Shown here piece after piece: positions 38,361 through 52,751 of a DNA stretch of 64,000 bases (its first letter is position 1; the number at the start of each line of letters is the position of its first letter). The stretch lies in the NCBI RefSeq assembly GCF_009834535.1, contig NC_045698.1, forward strand, positions 3,040,001 to 3,104,000, in the 5' to 3' direction. Source of the DNA: Camelus ferus (taxonomy: Eukaryota). The position numbers were made by a program, and so were the translations under genes. The notes below the pieces were generated by a model. That model did not search any database, was not told the DNA's origin, and saw nothing but the letters and a program-made list of their open reading frames with translations.

Positions 38361-41300
38361 GTAGGCATGCTTTCAGGTTAATCTGTGTCAAACTAGAGGG
38401 TCCTGTTGTGTATCTGGGAGACATTTGGGAACATTCATCTTCACCCAGGAGAAAGCCAGCCGATTCCGACATGCCAGTCTCCATCAGACAAATGGTTGTC
38501 TTCTTGGTTACTCCTTTGAGAATGTCAAATCCATGCCCATGGCTTCAGCATGGATGTGGGCCCTGAAGGCAGAATACTTACTTGCTTAGGAAAAGGAGGG
38601 TCGGTTCTCAGGGTCAAGAGAGACTGCGTGCAGACCTAGAAGTAACTACAGTCAAGAGAAAGCTTGGGGAGGAAGGGAATGACCAAGAGTGTAAAATTTT
38701 GTAGAGATCAAGTGATTCAGGCTCAGAAAACTGTCCCTGGATTTGAACAAACCTTTTAAATTCAAGAAGTAGTTTTTTTTTTTTTCCAAAATGCACAATA
38801 TGATAAAAATGTTCTCTTTGATAAGTGTTTGAAGAAGGGCAACAGCAAAGTCCCAAAGCTATAGGGAAGTGACATTTAAGCCTGACTCAACACGGTCATA
38901 ACTCTTTCCACAACACAAATCTGACAAGGCAGCGAGGAACACGTGTGGAGCTGTCCATCAGAGACAGAGATGCCTTCCTCTATGGTGCTATTTCAAGAGC
39001 ATTTATAAACACAGTGACACAGAGCACATGCGTGCACACATGCGAATGGACAGGAGGCCTGTGCAATGCACAGAAAGGAAGTTCTGACTTGAATAAGAAC
39101 GTAGATCAATAGTTTTCAAAGAAGACATGCAAAGACAAATGGAGTGAAAGATGGAACCTAGAGAAGTTTTCCTGAAAGTCTCAGCAAGTAAAGATGCACC
39201 CCCTTCTTCCACAGACATGCACAGGAGCCCAGATCACAGTGTCCTTCCTCCCAGAAGTTTGCATTTTAAGGAGAAATTAAAAGGAAGACAGAGGACCTAC
39301 ATTTTGGGCCTCATGAGAGCTCTTTCCTCTCATGAGGTCTTCCTATGTTTTAACTAAAACTGTCCGAGCTATCCTTAAACTGGAAGTAACTGCAAGAAGT
39401 TCCCAGGATACTCACTGAACAAGAAAGCCATCTGAATGCCTCCAAAAGCCATGAGATGTTGACATGCCTGGCATGGGTCCAACATGGATTTAGAAGTCCC
39501 TCTGCTTTAAAATAAGCTTGATGTCAGTTCTATCAGTTATAAAATCATGAAATTACTGAATAGAGCACCTGGAGTGCATGTCTCAAGGCACAGGCATGTA
39601 TAAATACCAGTCTTACCAATTTATTTTGGAATTTTGATACATCTTTAAACTGACGATCTGAGCTAGAACACTTAAACGCAGACACAGCTGTTGCATGCTT
39701 ATGGCCAAATCATGCTTTATGTATTTCTATTGGGTTGAAGTAGCTCAAATGCGACCTCCTGGTGCCAGGACAAATGAGTACCACGCATGATTGTGTGATG
39801 GAATCAGCGGGTCAGCGTGGAATCACTTTGTGTTTTCTGCTTATCCCCAAAGTACTAGTTCCCAGCTCCAATGAGACAGAGTAAGACTTCCTCAATTCCT
39901 GTTACAGAATTTAAAAAGATTAAAAATTGCAAATCTCCTACGTATCCTGTTACAACAAATGAGGCTGAAATTTACTACAGATTTTGAGTTACTTCCTCCG
40001 CACCCCGGCACAAGCCTGTCTGTTATCACAGGAAATAGCAGCTTGTTCATAAAAGTTTCTTTCAGAGGTGCAGTTTGTGTGACCTACAGGGCAGAGTGCA
40101 GACTTTTGTAAACCAGCTGAAGGGACGACTTCTGTACATTCACTCAGCAGCTGGGGAATGTATTTTCCTCCGAGACCGGACAAGGAAAGAATTCCTTTGT
40201 GCCTGCACCGTTCCAAATGGTGACGAGAGGGCTGAATACGTTAATTTCAAATAAAAGGAAATTTGGACACATGTGTGACTTACTATTTGAGAATGTAGAT
40301 CTAGCTGCCTCTGATTGTTTGTTTTATTTAAACAGGTTTAAAAGCATGTTCCATTTTCCCTTTCCCCCGAGAAAGGAGGCTCTCTTGAGTACGGGCTCGA
40401 CGTAAATTACGTGATTCTGTCTTCGAGCCACCTGGAGGAAGGGTGCTTGCCCTGATCACAGACGATTACTTCGGAGGGAGCAAAGTGTTACCTAAGCAAC
40501 TGGGCTTTACAAGATGGAGGATTTAGGGCCAAGATATCTGGCCTGGGGACATGGCCAGAGAGTTATTAAAATCAGCTCAAGGGTTAGCAGGAGCATTCTG
40601 AAGAGGGTACATTGTCCAGAAAGAGAACTGAAGGCAGGTGGGTTTCTACTGTGCCTGGTGGCGGCAATAACTGAATGGCAGCCTAGAGCAAGCCAGGGGC
40701 ATCCATCAAAGCCACAGCCACTCAGTTCCTGGAACAAGTTGTAATGTCTGCTTATCATAGAGTTTAATTCCCCAATGAAGGAAACAAAGGCGAGTATCAA
40801 CACAGAGCAAATTTTCTTTGACACCAGGAAGCGAAGCAAGGGACCAGCCCCTTCTCAATCCCATCTTTGTTAAAATAAACTCTCACGTTACAGCTCATTC
40901 CGGATGTCAGTCAAACCCTACACGTTAGCACCAAACAGCACCCGTGACTATAGCCTCAAAAGAAACAGAGTGGGACTTGAAGGAGAAGAGACTCCAGGTG
41001 ACTCCCTCATTAGAATAGGAACCGAGCTGCCGTGTGAGCCAGACATAGCGGATGCGTTCGGGAAAGTAACCAGCCCTTGGGGCTGGTGCTGTTTTGTTTT
41101 GTTTTGTTTGTTCCTTGTTTTTTAATTAGTCGTCACTGTGATAGCCTCATGTGTGAGTGGGTGAATGCTGGGGTCTTCTCTAAAAGCACGTGGTTATTTT
41201 TAAAAGGGTGCAGGATGCTCTTCATTCTTTTATTTTCCTAGGTTAAAGCACAACTGTGCTCTCCCTAAAATAGGGTCTACATCTAGTAATTTTCCTTTAA

Positions 41301-41775
41301 AAGTATCCCGCCTCCTCTAAAAGTGACCACTGCGGTGGGGGGGTGGGGCACGGAGTGACCTCATCACAGGTTCAGCTGAGATTTATAGACAGAAGGTGTA
41401 GGAGAGACGCTTTCCAGCTCTCACTGTCTACACTCTGGGCCTCATGCAGCACCAGCTAAGACCACTTATTTATCCACGGAATGCATCAGGGAGGTGTGGT
41501 ACTGTTAACTAGAAATAGGACACTTGGAAAGAAAAGGATGGACTTTGACTGAAACTAGTAGCATAGTAGCCCACTTTTGGGGCTCATCGCCTCGACTGTT
41601 TCCCTTTAGGATGTCCATATACTTGCGGGAAGCTCACAAAGAATTTACAGAGAAAGGTTCCCCGTGTCTAGGGTCTCAAGGCAAAGCGCAGCCTGACTTC
41701 CTACAATCGCAGCGTCTGGGCGGTTCACTTCGCCAGCCTAGGAACAAAGGCAAGGAGAGACCCTCACAGAGTCCC

Positions 41776-42200
41776 GAGTGAAGTCAGCCAGCTAGAGAAA
41801 GGAAAATGCCATATGACACCTCTTGCATGTGGAATCCAAAAAAAAAAAAAAAAAAAAGAAAAAGAAAAAGAAAGAAAAGAAAAGAACAAAGAAGACACTA
41901 ATGAACTTATTTACAAAACAGAGAGAGACTCACATAGTAAACAATTGTATGGTTACCAGGAGGGAAAGAGGGTGGGAAGGGATAAATTGGGGGTTGCAAA
42001 TATTAACTACTATATTAAAATAGATAAACAACAAGTTTCTACTCTACAGCACAGGGAACTATATTCAATATCTTGCAGTAAACTATAATGAAAAAGATAT
42101 GAAAATGAATATATGTACATACATGTACAACTGAAATATTATGTTGTGCACCAGAAATGGATGCAACATTGTAAACTGACTATTCTTCAATTAAAAAAAG
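41776..42200 (+). mobile_element. L1 3' end with expanded internal A-rich tract
   Basis: gagtgaagtcagccag...acagcacagggaactatattcaatatcttg...ttcaattaaaaaaa. Decayed TSD agaccctcacagagtccc (41758-41775) / agactctaacagagttcc (42208-42225), 15/18 identical. Confidence 0.93.
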
Positions 42201-44724
42201 AACCAAAAGACTCTAACAGAGTTCCAGGCACAATTGTTGAAAAAGCTACGAAAAGCCTGGACTCACTTGGTGTCTGTAGCCTCAGAACCACAGACTCCCC
42301 TACAAGTGGGCCCGGTTCTTGCCAGCTCTCCAGGAGGAGGATGGTTGTCTTTATATGCATTCATCCTCCCCCAGGAACAGCCGTGTTTCATGTCTGGCCA
42401 CCCAACGATCTTCTTGAGTTCCCCTGTTTATTGGAAATAGAGTGAGCTGTGGGATCATGTGAACTTGAAGCTGCAGTGACCAGAGCATTTGTCATATGTG
42501 TTTCCCAAGAAATGACGTTTCATAAAGCTGAGGGTATGGGGTTTCTTGGAACCACAAGATGGCAATAACTTATCACCAGCATCACACCAGGATCACCAAG
42601 AGGGCTGTCTCAAGATGAAGCATCACCGACCTCTGGGATCCACAAACCACAGCTTTGGGGGACCGACATTTACCACATCGGGGTCGGGGCTGCCGAGAAG
42701 AGCCCAACGCCAGGCCTCTCCCTAGAAATGCTGTCCTGGGCAGAGAGTCCACCTCCACCTCATCTGAGGCTAGCAGTGCCCAAATATGCAGCTGTGCTCG
42801 TCAGAGTCTAAGACACCAGGGTCTGGGAGGATCACCCTGGTTCTTACAATGGTTTTCATGTTTTTCTATCAATTTTCATGTTTTTCTGTTAATCAGGTCA
42901 ATAAACAAAGAGGAAGGCCACAGACACGTAGTGCCATTCTGTGATTGTTTCATACACTTGCATTGCAGGTGTTCACAACGGAGACTCAGAACTTAACTCT
43001 GCACCTGGGCAGCCCAGACCCCAGGACCAGGGCCTCTGATGCAGGAAAGGGAAGGTGGAGGAAACCCATATGCAGCTCTCCTCCCTCCCAACCTTCTGGG
43101 CACCCACCTGTCCCCATCCCTACAAGACATGACACTTGGCCAAAGGCAAGCTTGTGGAGAGATGGTCTCAGACCCTTCCAGAGGGACAGGGCCTTGCTTG
43201 AGCACTGCCCTCCCATCTTCTCTGCACTGAGGCTGCTGGCAAAGGGTTCTTCCTGTCTCCATTCATGTCAGCCTTTGGCCATTTCCATCCAGAAGAGAGA
43301 GATTGGAGCCCTTGTGGATTTAAATGAGTTGCAGCAACCTGAAGACAGCCTTTGAATTAGAGTGGAGTCCTAGAACTCCAGTCCAGCCAGCCAGCCCTCA
43401 GATCACATCAGGACGGCATCCTTTCTCTGAAACGTTGACCCTGTGTCCCTTCTGAGCGATGAGGTGACTCCACACATACCTCACTTTGCCTTATTTCCAT
43501 TCTTTCTCTACTTGTGCATTTTGGGCAGTTTATGAAACTTGGAAAGAAATAATAAATTGGCCCAGGAAATGCCAGTTGGTAAGTTGAGTGGCCCACAATA
43601 ACTCAGGAGGAAAGCTGATGTCAACCCCAGGCCTGTGGTTTGGAGAGAAATGTGTAACGTCCTCACTCTCTTTTCACGTTCTCAGTGCTAATACGACACT
43701 TTGAGACTCCCAGAGCCTGTGGGAACCTTGGAGTCCCGCCCAGGCTTCTATCTCCAGGAGGGACGCATCCAAGTGGAAAGGGTGGCCTCGGGGGATGGTG
43801 GGGACAGTTACTAACAAGTCAGACACTGCTGAGCTCAGAAGGAAGGGGAAAGTCCAATTAGGAAGTGAGAGAAACATCAAGAACACTAGGTCACTAATCC
43901 CACAGGGTTTCAACACCGTCTGCTGATCCACGAGCTCTGGATTCAGTGCGCACGGAGGGAGGAAAGGACAGCATCGTTTTCTCTGCCTTGACATAACTAC
44001 GCGTTTGTTGGGAGCGGAGGCCCTGAGATTGAAGAGAGATGGAAGGTGAATGGGGGAAGGGGCTCCAGGTGGTGTGAACGGGGACTTGCGAGGTAAATGT
44101 GATGAGGAGCCCAGTCGCAGCATTTGATGGGATTATCTGGAGGAGAGGTTGGCAGCGTGAATCCATCCTGACCTCAGCGCCCAGGTGCCCTTGGGGAGCA
44201 CAGCCGGTGCCCAGGGGAGGCTGGGACTCCCGGGAAACCTACGCACACACACGCAGGGCACACCTGCTTGCTCTCACATCCACACCCACTCACAGAGACT
44301 CTGCCTGAACTCTGAAGGGCACAGCCCAGGCCCCGACCCTGACAGGTGTCAGCTCTCACCCACTGTCTGTTGCCTCAACCTCAACAAAGGTAGCAAAACA
44401 AACAGGCACGGGAACTCGGAGGCAGGCCCGAGGCCATTTGTCACAGAGACGGGAGTGGCTGCCAGCGTTAATTGTAGAGCGTCATTGCGAGGGACTCATC
44501 TCTGAGCAGCGCTCCTTTGATGTCTCCCAGGGAACAAACTCCGCGAGCTGCGCACAGAATCCAGATCACCATCCGCACCTTCCTCACCAGCCCTTCCCCT
44601 GCGGGGCCCTGACTCGACCTTCAGTGAATGCACATCCAGGCTGCATCAAGTTCAACACCAAGAAACTTGCTAGCGATTAAAAAGAGATCACTGTGTCTGG
44701 ATGGTCGACAGTGTTTTAAGGACC

Positions 44725-44747
44725 TTTTTTTTTTTTTTTTTTTTTTT
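44725..44747. repeat. Poly-T tract (about 23 nt) just upstream of the CpG island
   Basis: Read directly from the sequence. Confidence 0.95.
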
Positions 44748-44859
44748 CAACAGGAACTTCCAACTCATGTCCTGTGAACAGCTCTGCATTCATAAACCAT
44801 CACATTTCCCCAAACTGACATAACTTCTTACTTCCCATTAGTTCCCAAGCTTCCTTCCG

Positions 44860-45660
44860 GTGGGTAGCTAGCTTCCGAGCTGCCCAGATACCACGGTAAC
44901 TGAGCGCGTGGCTTGATTAAAGGGGAAAGAGCCGTGTGTGCGGGTGACCTGGCTCTGAGTTATTCCGGGGATGAGGGCAGACGCACGGTGCCAAAGCCCC
45001 AGGACCCCCTCTGCTGGATGGACAGGCGGAACCGCAGGCGGGGCCCGCGATGGGGCGGCGGCGGCGGCGGCGAAGGGGACGCCCTGCTGCGACACCAGCG
45101 CTCCCGCAGGAGGCGGGCGGCGGCCAGCGAGCCGCCCCGAGGGCAGCCGGCGCCCGCGTCGCCCCCCGGGCCGCGGGAGGCCGGGGCTGCAGCCTCAGCG
45201 CCCACGGAGGAGGCCGGGGCCCGAGGCGCCCGCGCCCCGCCGCCCGCAACCGCGCCCGCCTGCGCCGCGGGCTGCGTGCGGGTCCGGGGCTGGGCCGCTC
45301 GGCTTGGCAGACGCACACGGCCTTTTTGCAATGAAGCTCCCGATCAGTTAGAAATGATTTGGCCCAGAAACAATATTAAAGCAACGAGGGACATGGGAGA
45401 TTTCAAGGTTCCGTGTGCCAATGTGGGATCCAGGGGGTGCGCGCCTTGGGCCTGGAGACCCGGAGCCGGTCTGCCCCGCTCCCACCCGGCCGCGCAGAGA
45501 CCCGAGGGCGGGTCCCGGCGCTCACGGAGGGAGGCCGACCCACGGAAACCACGACGGCCGCGCGCCCTCTGCTAAGGGTGGGAGCCCTTCATGACTGTGT
45601 CAGAAACACATTGTCCCCGACACGCGCGGCATCTAAGCATCGCGGGTTTTGCGCTGTTTT
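44860..45660. promoter_or_regulatory. CpG island (promoter- or enhancer-like); no associated gene recognised
   Basis: Very high GC and dense CpG, with a core at 45020-45320. Contains (GGC)n at about 45053-45072, GC boxes (gccccgcc, aggcgggcgg), C/EBP-like ttttgcaat near 45325 and ccaat near 45418. Confidence 0.85.
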
Positions 45661-48600
45661 GTAGCTGAAACAGGGATGAGGGCTCAACGGCTCTGTCTGT
45701 TGGACACACCAGTGTTCGAGCTCAGGCCTGCCAGCCTGAAAGTCGGCAGGTGGAATGCGCAGCACATCCTTGTTGATGCTCTGTATTAAAATGAGCGTTT
45801 CTACAATGAAACAACACGAAAACTTCCGGCAGTGCTTTCTCCCCACCATCAGGTCAGCAGGTGCGCGCACGTTTAGAAAAGGGGATTCCCTGTATGACAG
45901 ACACTGTCTTCGCTTTATTTATTCAGTAACGTCGGGAGTTAAAGAGGAGGATTGTCACAGTTTTCAAGGAGAGAGTGTTCTAAATGAGGAAGGGACTCAG
46001 TTGGACCAGGGAATGTCATCTTGTTATTTTTCTCCTCAAAACAAAGATCTTTCGTTCCAGTGTGCTGCAGGAGTTTCAGGGTGTGTTCCTGGAGTTTTTC
46101 AGCCATCGTCGGGACGGCCCACTGTTCACTTCTGCGTGTCACTGAATGAAGCATCAAACCAAAACAGCGCAGACCCTGAGCTCCTGTTCACACCAGAAGG
46201 AGGCTCACAAGGCAAAGTCACAAGGTCGTGATTTGGAGGGTGGACGTTTCTGAGCAGGTGCTGGTCTTCACACAGACACTTCCAAGTCTTCATTCTGGAA
46301 ATATATTTTATTGCATTGAATTTCAAGTACGTATTTGGTCTCCTGACTCTATGCTCGAAGCTGGAGACAGACAAGTTACAGTGACCTCTGCACTCTGACC
46401 TCAGGAACCGGTTGCATTTGTTGTATCCCTGGTTGAACCAATGGCTCTCCCATATCAAAGAACCATTATCAAATATTTGTTCAGCTTGATCAAGACAGAT
46501 CAAGACAGAGCGAGACAGATTTATATTGATTTCAACTCGAAAGTTCTAAGTTGTCTTCATGAAAGATATATGATATCTATATATGCTCATGTCGACAAAT
46601 CTCCTTATTTTTAACACTTCACCCCTGGGTGTGGGTGTGGTATGTAGTTGTAAGTTTATAAGTAGATGTAATTCACTAAAGCGTGCTGGGGCTCTCAGGC
46701 ACGGGCTGGAGCTGCTGTCCACAGACCAAATTTCTTCTCAGGGAAACTTCAATTCTGCCCTTACAGCCTTTTAATGAATTGAATGGGACACATTTGTATT
46801 TTCTAGAATGATCTCCTTTACTTAAAGTAAACCATGTAGATGTTCACCACGTCTATGAAATGCTTCCCCTCAATGCCTGGACCAGTATTTCATGAACTGG
46901 GGTTATGTACAGACCGGCCAAGCTGACCCATAAAACTGGGCATCACAGGGCCCACCTTCAACATCATCTCCAGCTGCTGACATTCAGGAACCTGCTGGGA
47001 CTGATTCTCCATCCAAAAACAGCGAAGGGATGATGGGAAAACTTCCCCAGGAGGCAGGTTTTACACTTGTGAACAACTTCCCTACAAGAACAGAGTGATA
47101 GTGGTCTTTATGGGATGGTCCTGACAGCCTCAGCTTGCAGGAGAGTCTGGGAGCACTAACCCTCCACAGCCCACCTGCAGGAAAACCCTGGGGTGCTGGG
47201 GAAATAAAAGACCCAGGAGAAAATGGAAATTAAGAGGTTTTTTAAAACATTCTTTTGGGATAAATTTACCTCGACGGGGAGGGAGTGAAGCCTGGTGCCA
47301 CTGCTAATTTGTAAATTGCATACAGAGTCGGCCGTGTTTCTAATGCCAAGCTCAAAGGGGGCCGACGGCTGACATAAACTCTTCAGCCAAGGGCGGACAG
47401 TGTGCAGGGGCCATGTTAGCCCCCTGATGAAAGGTTCGCCCCAGTTCAGTTAAAGCTGACAGGTTACACTCTGAGGCGCAGACCTGCAGTGCAGAGAAGA
47501 AGATGTGGTCTTCTCTGCCCACTCTTCATTTGTTCAGACAGCACTGAGGGCAAAGTCTTGCTCTTAACTCTGTCTACTATCATGATTTGGGTACTGGAGA
47601 CGAGGTCTGTTTTTAAGGTGTTGCAGAGTCTGTTCTCTGGTAAGCATGTCCCCTGTTTCTTCTTCAAAGCTTTGAAAACTGAAGCCCAATCAACTTGACA
47701 TTGAACTAGAAAGAAAAGAGGACCTGTTCTGATAAAACTACCACCACTGAGGTGTGTGACCACCTGGATGGCAACTGCTGAAGGAACCCTGAGCCTGCAC
47801 ATTGCTGGGAACATGCTCAGCTGGGATTCAGCAGGACCGGGACCTGGGGAGGGTGCATGTCTCTAACTGGCCACTGTAATTACCACGCATTATTAACCTG
47901 CAGGAGTTAATGGAGGTTTTTTTTTTCTTACTTTTTTTACTTTAACCCCACTTTTATAATAGGAAGGGTTTAGATTTACATCATGTTGGCATTACGTTAC
48001 TAGAGGATCTTGCCATTTAATCTCTGCAGGATTTCTGTGGAGCTCCATTAGCAAAATCCAATCCAGACTTGGATGGCGAAATAGGAGTACAGTCTCAGTA
48101 CCTTCTGGCAAAATCTACACCATGACTTTAAAAGGATTCTTAAAAGGGCACTGTTTTGTTTGAGGAGGCTGGGAAAGAACAGGTAGCCACACCTCTGTGT
48201 CACCACAACCTTAGTGGCTCAGCCCATTAAGGATGCTGGTATGGAGCCTTCCTTGCCTTGCTCTGAGTTGCCACATGGAGGGACGACAATTAAGGTAACA
48301 CCCAGCCTCTCCCATCTGCTCAGGGGAAGGAGTGACTTACCTGACCTGAAAATTTGTGAGGAGATACTGAGCTCATCCCCTCGGCGCCTTTTTCTCTCCT
48401 TCTTGAGAAAGCTGCTCCCTGCGCATAGTACACACGTGGGTTTTCTTCATGCCTGAGTTTTGAAAGGGCCAGGAAACACTCCTTTTCTCCTCTCTACCTC
48501 GAGTTTTAAAAGGAGAGGATCTGCCCCTTAGGTAAAGGGGGAGGTGGAAGGGAGGGGAGCCTGGTTCTCTAGGCTACGAACGGAACGTAAGTTTGTCACC

Positions 48601-49199
48601 ACTGACAAACCCTCAAGCTGTAGTCCCCCAAAGATTTCCCAAGGGTAAACGTGACATCTTGATCTCGATTGGCTAACTCTTTTGTTGTTCTGTTGGTACC
48701 ACACTTGGACGGAAGGAAAGGATGTGATGTATTAAACCCTCAAACATCAATCTGTCATCTTGCAGAACTTCCATCGCTGGAATTCTCGCACAGAGACATT
48801 TTTTCATAGGCTACATCTCTCCATGCTCTCCTCTCTCTGCCACCCTTGCTTCCATGAAAAACTCTCTTTTCTTGGTATTAGTCCATTTCTCATGAAAGTC
48901 TCTTGCTCTGAGTACAGGGGACAAGAATATATTTTTTAAATTACACTGCCATTCCTTGAACTGGCTCAACAAGTTCTCATAAACTGTCCACATCCACTGT
49001 TTACTATATTGACTCCATCTTCCCAAATCCCTTTCCTTCAGGAGCCCTTGGCTCCCTTGTTTTCCCCAAACCAGTTGTCCCTGCATCCCAGTCTCACAGA
49101 ACCTGGGACTTGCTTCTACCACTCTCCTCTGCTTAAGCCCCGGATTGCTAGGATTATATCTTTACCTTGGTGCGACACCATGTTCTTTGTAGCACGTCT

Positions 49200-49750
49200 T
49201 TGTAGCGGGTCTTAAGAAAGAAAAATCTATAAAGCCCTCACCTGTCTAAAAGATTCTCCTATCTCCACTTTTGATCGACAGTTTGAGAGTTTTTTAAATT
49301 GGAAATCAATTTTCCTTAGAAATTTGAAGGCAAAGATCTTTTGTCTTTTAGTATTCATTCATACTATTGAGAAACCACACGTCTCCCTGGTCCTCATTCT
49401 TTGTTTCTTACTCTTAGGAAACATTTGGAATCTCTGGATTCACACCACTGTTTTCAAATATCGGGTTGATGATCCTCGATGAAGGTCTTTCCCTACTCTG
49501 TTGGGCACTTGGACACCAGCTCCTGAGCCAGCTGAGATCTCACAGGTCTTCCCAGAGCATCTTTGAGTTCCTGGGGCTTACTCACTGATTTTGTTTTCTG
49601 TTTTCATTCTTCCACTCACCGCATATCTATCTGTACATACTGTTTAGAGTCCCCAGTGAGACCAATACTTTGTTAATTATTTATTTAAAAAAGTGTACAC
49701 ACATTTCACTATGTCGTAAATTTCCTGTCTTGGGAAATTAAAGAAGGGGT
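49200..49750 (-). mobile_element. Old L1 ORF1-region fragment
   Basis: ttggaaatcaattttccttagaaatttgaaggca...tactattgagaa is a typical antisense L1ME ORF1 motif. Confidence 0.55.
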
Positions 49751-51159
49751 CATCTGGCAGAGTAACTGGCCTCGCTCCACATGACTTCCTCATTTTCTTC
49801 CCTGTCCTATCAACAGACATTATTCCATTCATCTTATGCAGAACATTTCTTTCCATAATCGGATCCTTTAGTGTAAGTCTCCTTATCCCATTTACCCACT
49901 AATTTATATCCCCTCAGAAATGGATTTTCACTCTTAATAAAAGTTCTTATGAATAACACTTTGTCTGTCTTGTTATATATCATGATATTTTCTTGAAATA
50001 TGCATGCATTCAACTATTAATTGATGTTGTTTAACCTTTTTAATTGATCATCTCCATTTCAGATTCCAAAGCCTTTGCGTGGATGATGTTACATGTGTCG
50101 ATTCTTGACTCCTTAAAAGACCACCTAAAAAACTCCTGTTAATTAAGTTCATGAAAGTTACTGCAATAAGGGAGAATAGCCCTTAAGGGAGTCTTAAAAA
50201 TTTTCTATAAAGTGGAGGTCAGTGGAGAAAATTTGTAGCATTTTCATATTTGGGCTTCCATGATTTAAGATGGGTTTTTCTCTGCAGGTGAGTGACTGGA
50301 ATTGGGCAATCTTCATGACAAAATAAGTTAGGGTTGGTGGACAAGGTGAGAGCCTTAAGGTGAGTCTCGAGAAACTGCTGTTTGATAAGTGAGCTTTTTT
50401 TCCCAAGTGAGTCAAGCAATCTATTATCATGAAATAAGAGCTATGTGGATTGAGGAGCAAATTATTTACCCAGAAAAATTGGTTTTGTAGGAATTTTCTG
50501 AAACGAACAATGAAGTTATTTTTTAGGACGAAGGCTTGTCTTCCTTGAATAGTGTCCTGAAACAAAGATAGGCTCTATTGGCACAAATGGCCTCAATTCT
50601 CATCCTGCCCATGCAGTTATGTAAATACAAGTGGTCTCTGTCCTCACCTGTAAGACTAACATAGAGTGTTCTTGCTTTGTGTCCACCATGGCCAACAGTC
50701 TCCACCTTCATCCTTTCAAAAATGTCTTCAACTTAACTCTTCTGCCTCTCCTTTGGTTTAACTTCCATCTCTGCCCAGCTGTGGCTTACCATTTCAATGG
50801 AACCATTACCAACAATAAATGTTTCCCAACTCTCTTGCTTCTCACAACTTTGTAACCAACCTTCTGGTTCCAGCAACTTTCTATACAGTCATGTTTTTCT
50901 TTTTAATCATTTTTAAATTCCCTTCAGGAGATGTTTAAGACAGTTTTACTAATCACCCCATCCCATATAGTTAAATAATGAAGATATACTGTATATTTGT
51001 TTATGAATTGCATGCAGATCTGTGTTTCGTGGGGGAAAAAAATGAACAACCTTTTTCACCTGCCCTTCCCCCTAAAAAACTTATTTTTGTCCTCTTGGGA
51101 CACAATATTGTACCTGCTGAGAATGCAGCTCTGCAGCTCCTCATGGGCAGAAGAGCACT

Positions 51160-52092
51160 GAAGAGGAAATCACCCCATAGTCACAACTAGAACAGTGAAT
51201 ATTTACTCTTTACCTCCAGTAAGTCCACCATAATTTCTAGTCCAATGTGTGACTAGGGTACTTGAGTTCCCACCCCAACTCCATCCACAAGTTAGAGAAA
51301 GCAGAAGTCATCCCTAGAGCACGCCCTCCATGTCATCTGTTCGCAGCTGATTATCCACCTTTGCCTTTTTTCCTTCCTGTCTCTGAATCAGCATTCTTCA
51401 CATTTTCCTCCAAAAACAGTATCTCCAGCTGGTTCTGAATCTCCTGTTCTCTTATCACTTCCCAGGGTCTTATGCCCTCAGTTAATAACATAATCTTCTG
51501 TTTTATCATTCTATCTTTTTACAAATATTCACATGCAAAAAGAAAAAAGAAAAAGAGGAAGAAATCAAAACAGTGTGCATCATATGACTAGGTCCTGAGA
51601 TACTGGATTTTTAAGTCTAAGTTTTCTGCTTCCATTATCTTGGAATCATACATTTTTGCCATACCAAAAAGCTTAGCTTTTCCCAAACTCCTCCTGCCCT
51701 CTGTTAAGATCATCAATCTCTTTGTCACCCTGGAATGCTCTCCAGACCACTCCCAACCTGGTCAGCAAATTCTCCTCATTGTTTTGAGACTAATTCCAAG
51801 CTTTTAGGAGGTCATTCTTCAACTTCAATCACCAATTTCATTTCCCCTCCTCCTCCCCTATGCTGACCCCCCTCCTTACCCTTATAGAGCCCTCAGTATG
51901 GGATTCTCCCACCATAACACTTACTATACCGTCTCATAAATGGAACATCACTTAACTGTGACCTTGCTAAATCATGTACCACTTTGGGTCAGGAATTCCA
52001 TTATTCATTTCTGAGTCTCCAGTGCTTACACCAGTCCCAAGTATAATACGTTTTCACACTTGTCTGTTGAATGATAGAACAAATGACTGATT
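51160..52092 (+). mobile_element. L2 LINE remnant (further pieces near 48960-49090 and 50600-50880)
   Basis: 3' end attcatttctgagtctccagtgcttacaccagtcc...tgttgaatgatagaacaaatga with a pyrimidine-rich body. Confidence 0.6.
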
Positions 52093-52727
52093 GTTGAAAA
52101 CACACATAACTGGGTGGAAGAGAAAAGATAAGAATTTTTAAAAATAACCTGCTGATGCAACAGCTTGACTAAATAACCATGAAATGCTAACCATGTGGAA
52201 TGAATTCTATGCATCCAAAGATAAGCTAAAAGCTTCCATAATAAGACCTGCCATTTAGGTCCCCAGGATGCATCGATCTATTTTATGCAATCTGACTACA
52301 ACCTCCCAGGGATGGAGAGCACTGGCTCTTAGCGATGTGCCCACAAACTCAAGACTCAGCCTTCAGAAGCTTTTAAACAAATTCTTCGTGGTGTTAAAAG
52401 TTTGTTCTCACAATAAAATTGGTGGAAGCAGCAGGACCAAGAACTCCAGGGTACATATATTTAGCAGCAATCTTGTAATTGAATGCATCCAATACAATGC
52501 ATTAACACAGAGTCTAGAGATTAACATTCCTTTTTGGGGGGGAAGGTAGCACAATTATCAGTCTTTTCCCTAATATTGGTGGCGTGGATTTATATTAGAA
52601 GCCTGTCATTGATTCATGTAATTAAGAGGTAGGAAAGGTCTTTGATTTTAAAGGAGTTTAAATATTGTAGGGTGGATTTTTATTTTTGGTACAATTTTTT
52701 TTAATTGACGGGAAAAGACTTTCCTCC

Positions 52728-52751
52728 TTTTTTTTTTTTTTTTTTTTTTTT
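52728..52751. repeat. Poly-T tract (about 24 nt)
   Basis: Read directly from the sequence. Confidence 0.95.

Noticed and set aside
44913..45575. 220-aa and overlapping ORFs in the CpG island
   Set aside because: Low-complexity Arg/Pro/Ala/Gly translations are open in several frames on both strands, as expected from stop-poor GC-rich DNA. No recognisable domain.
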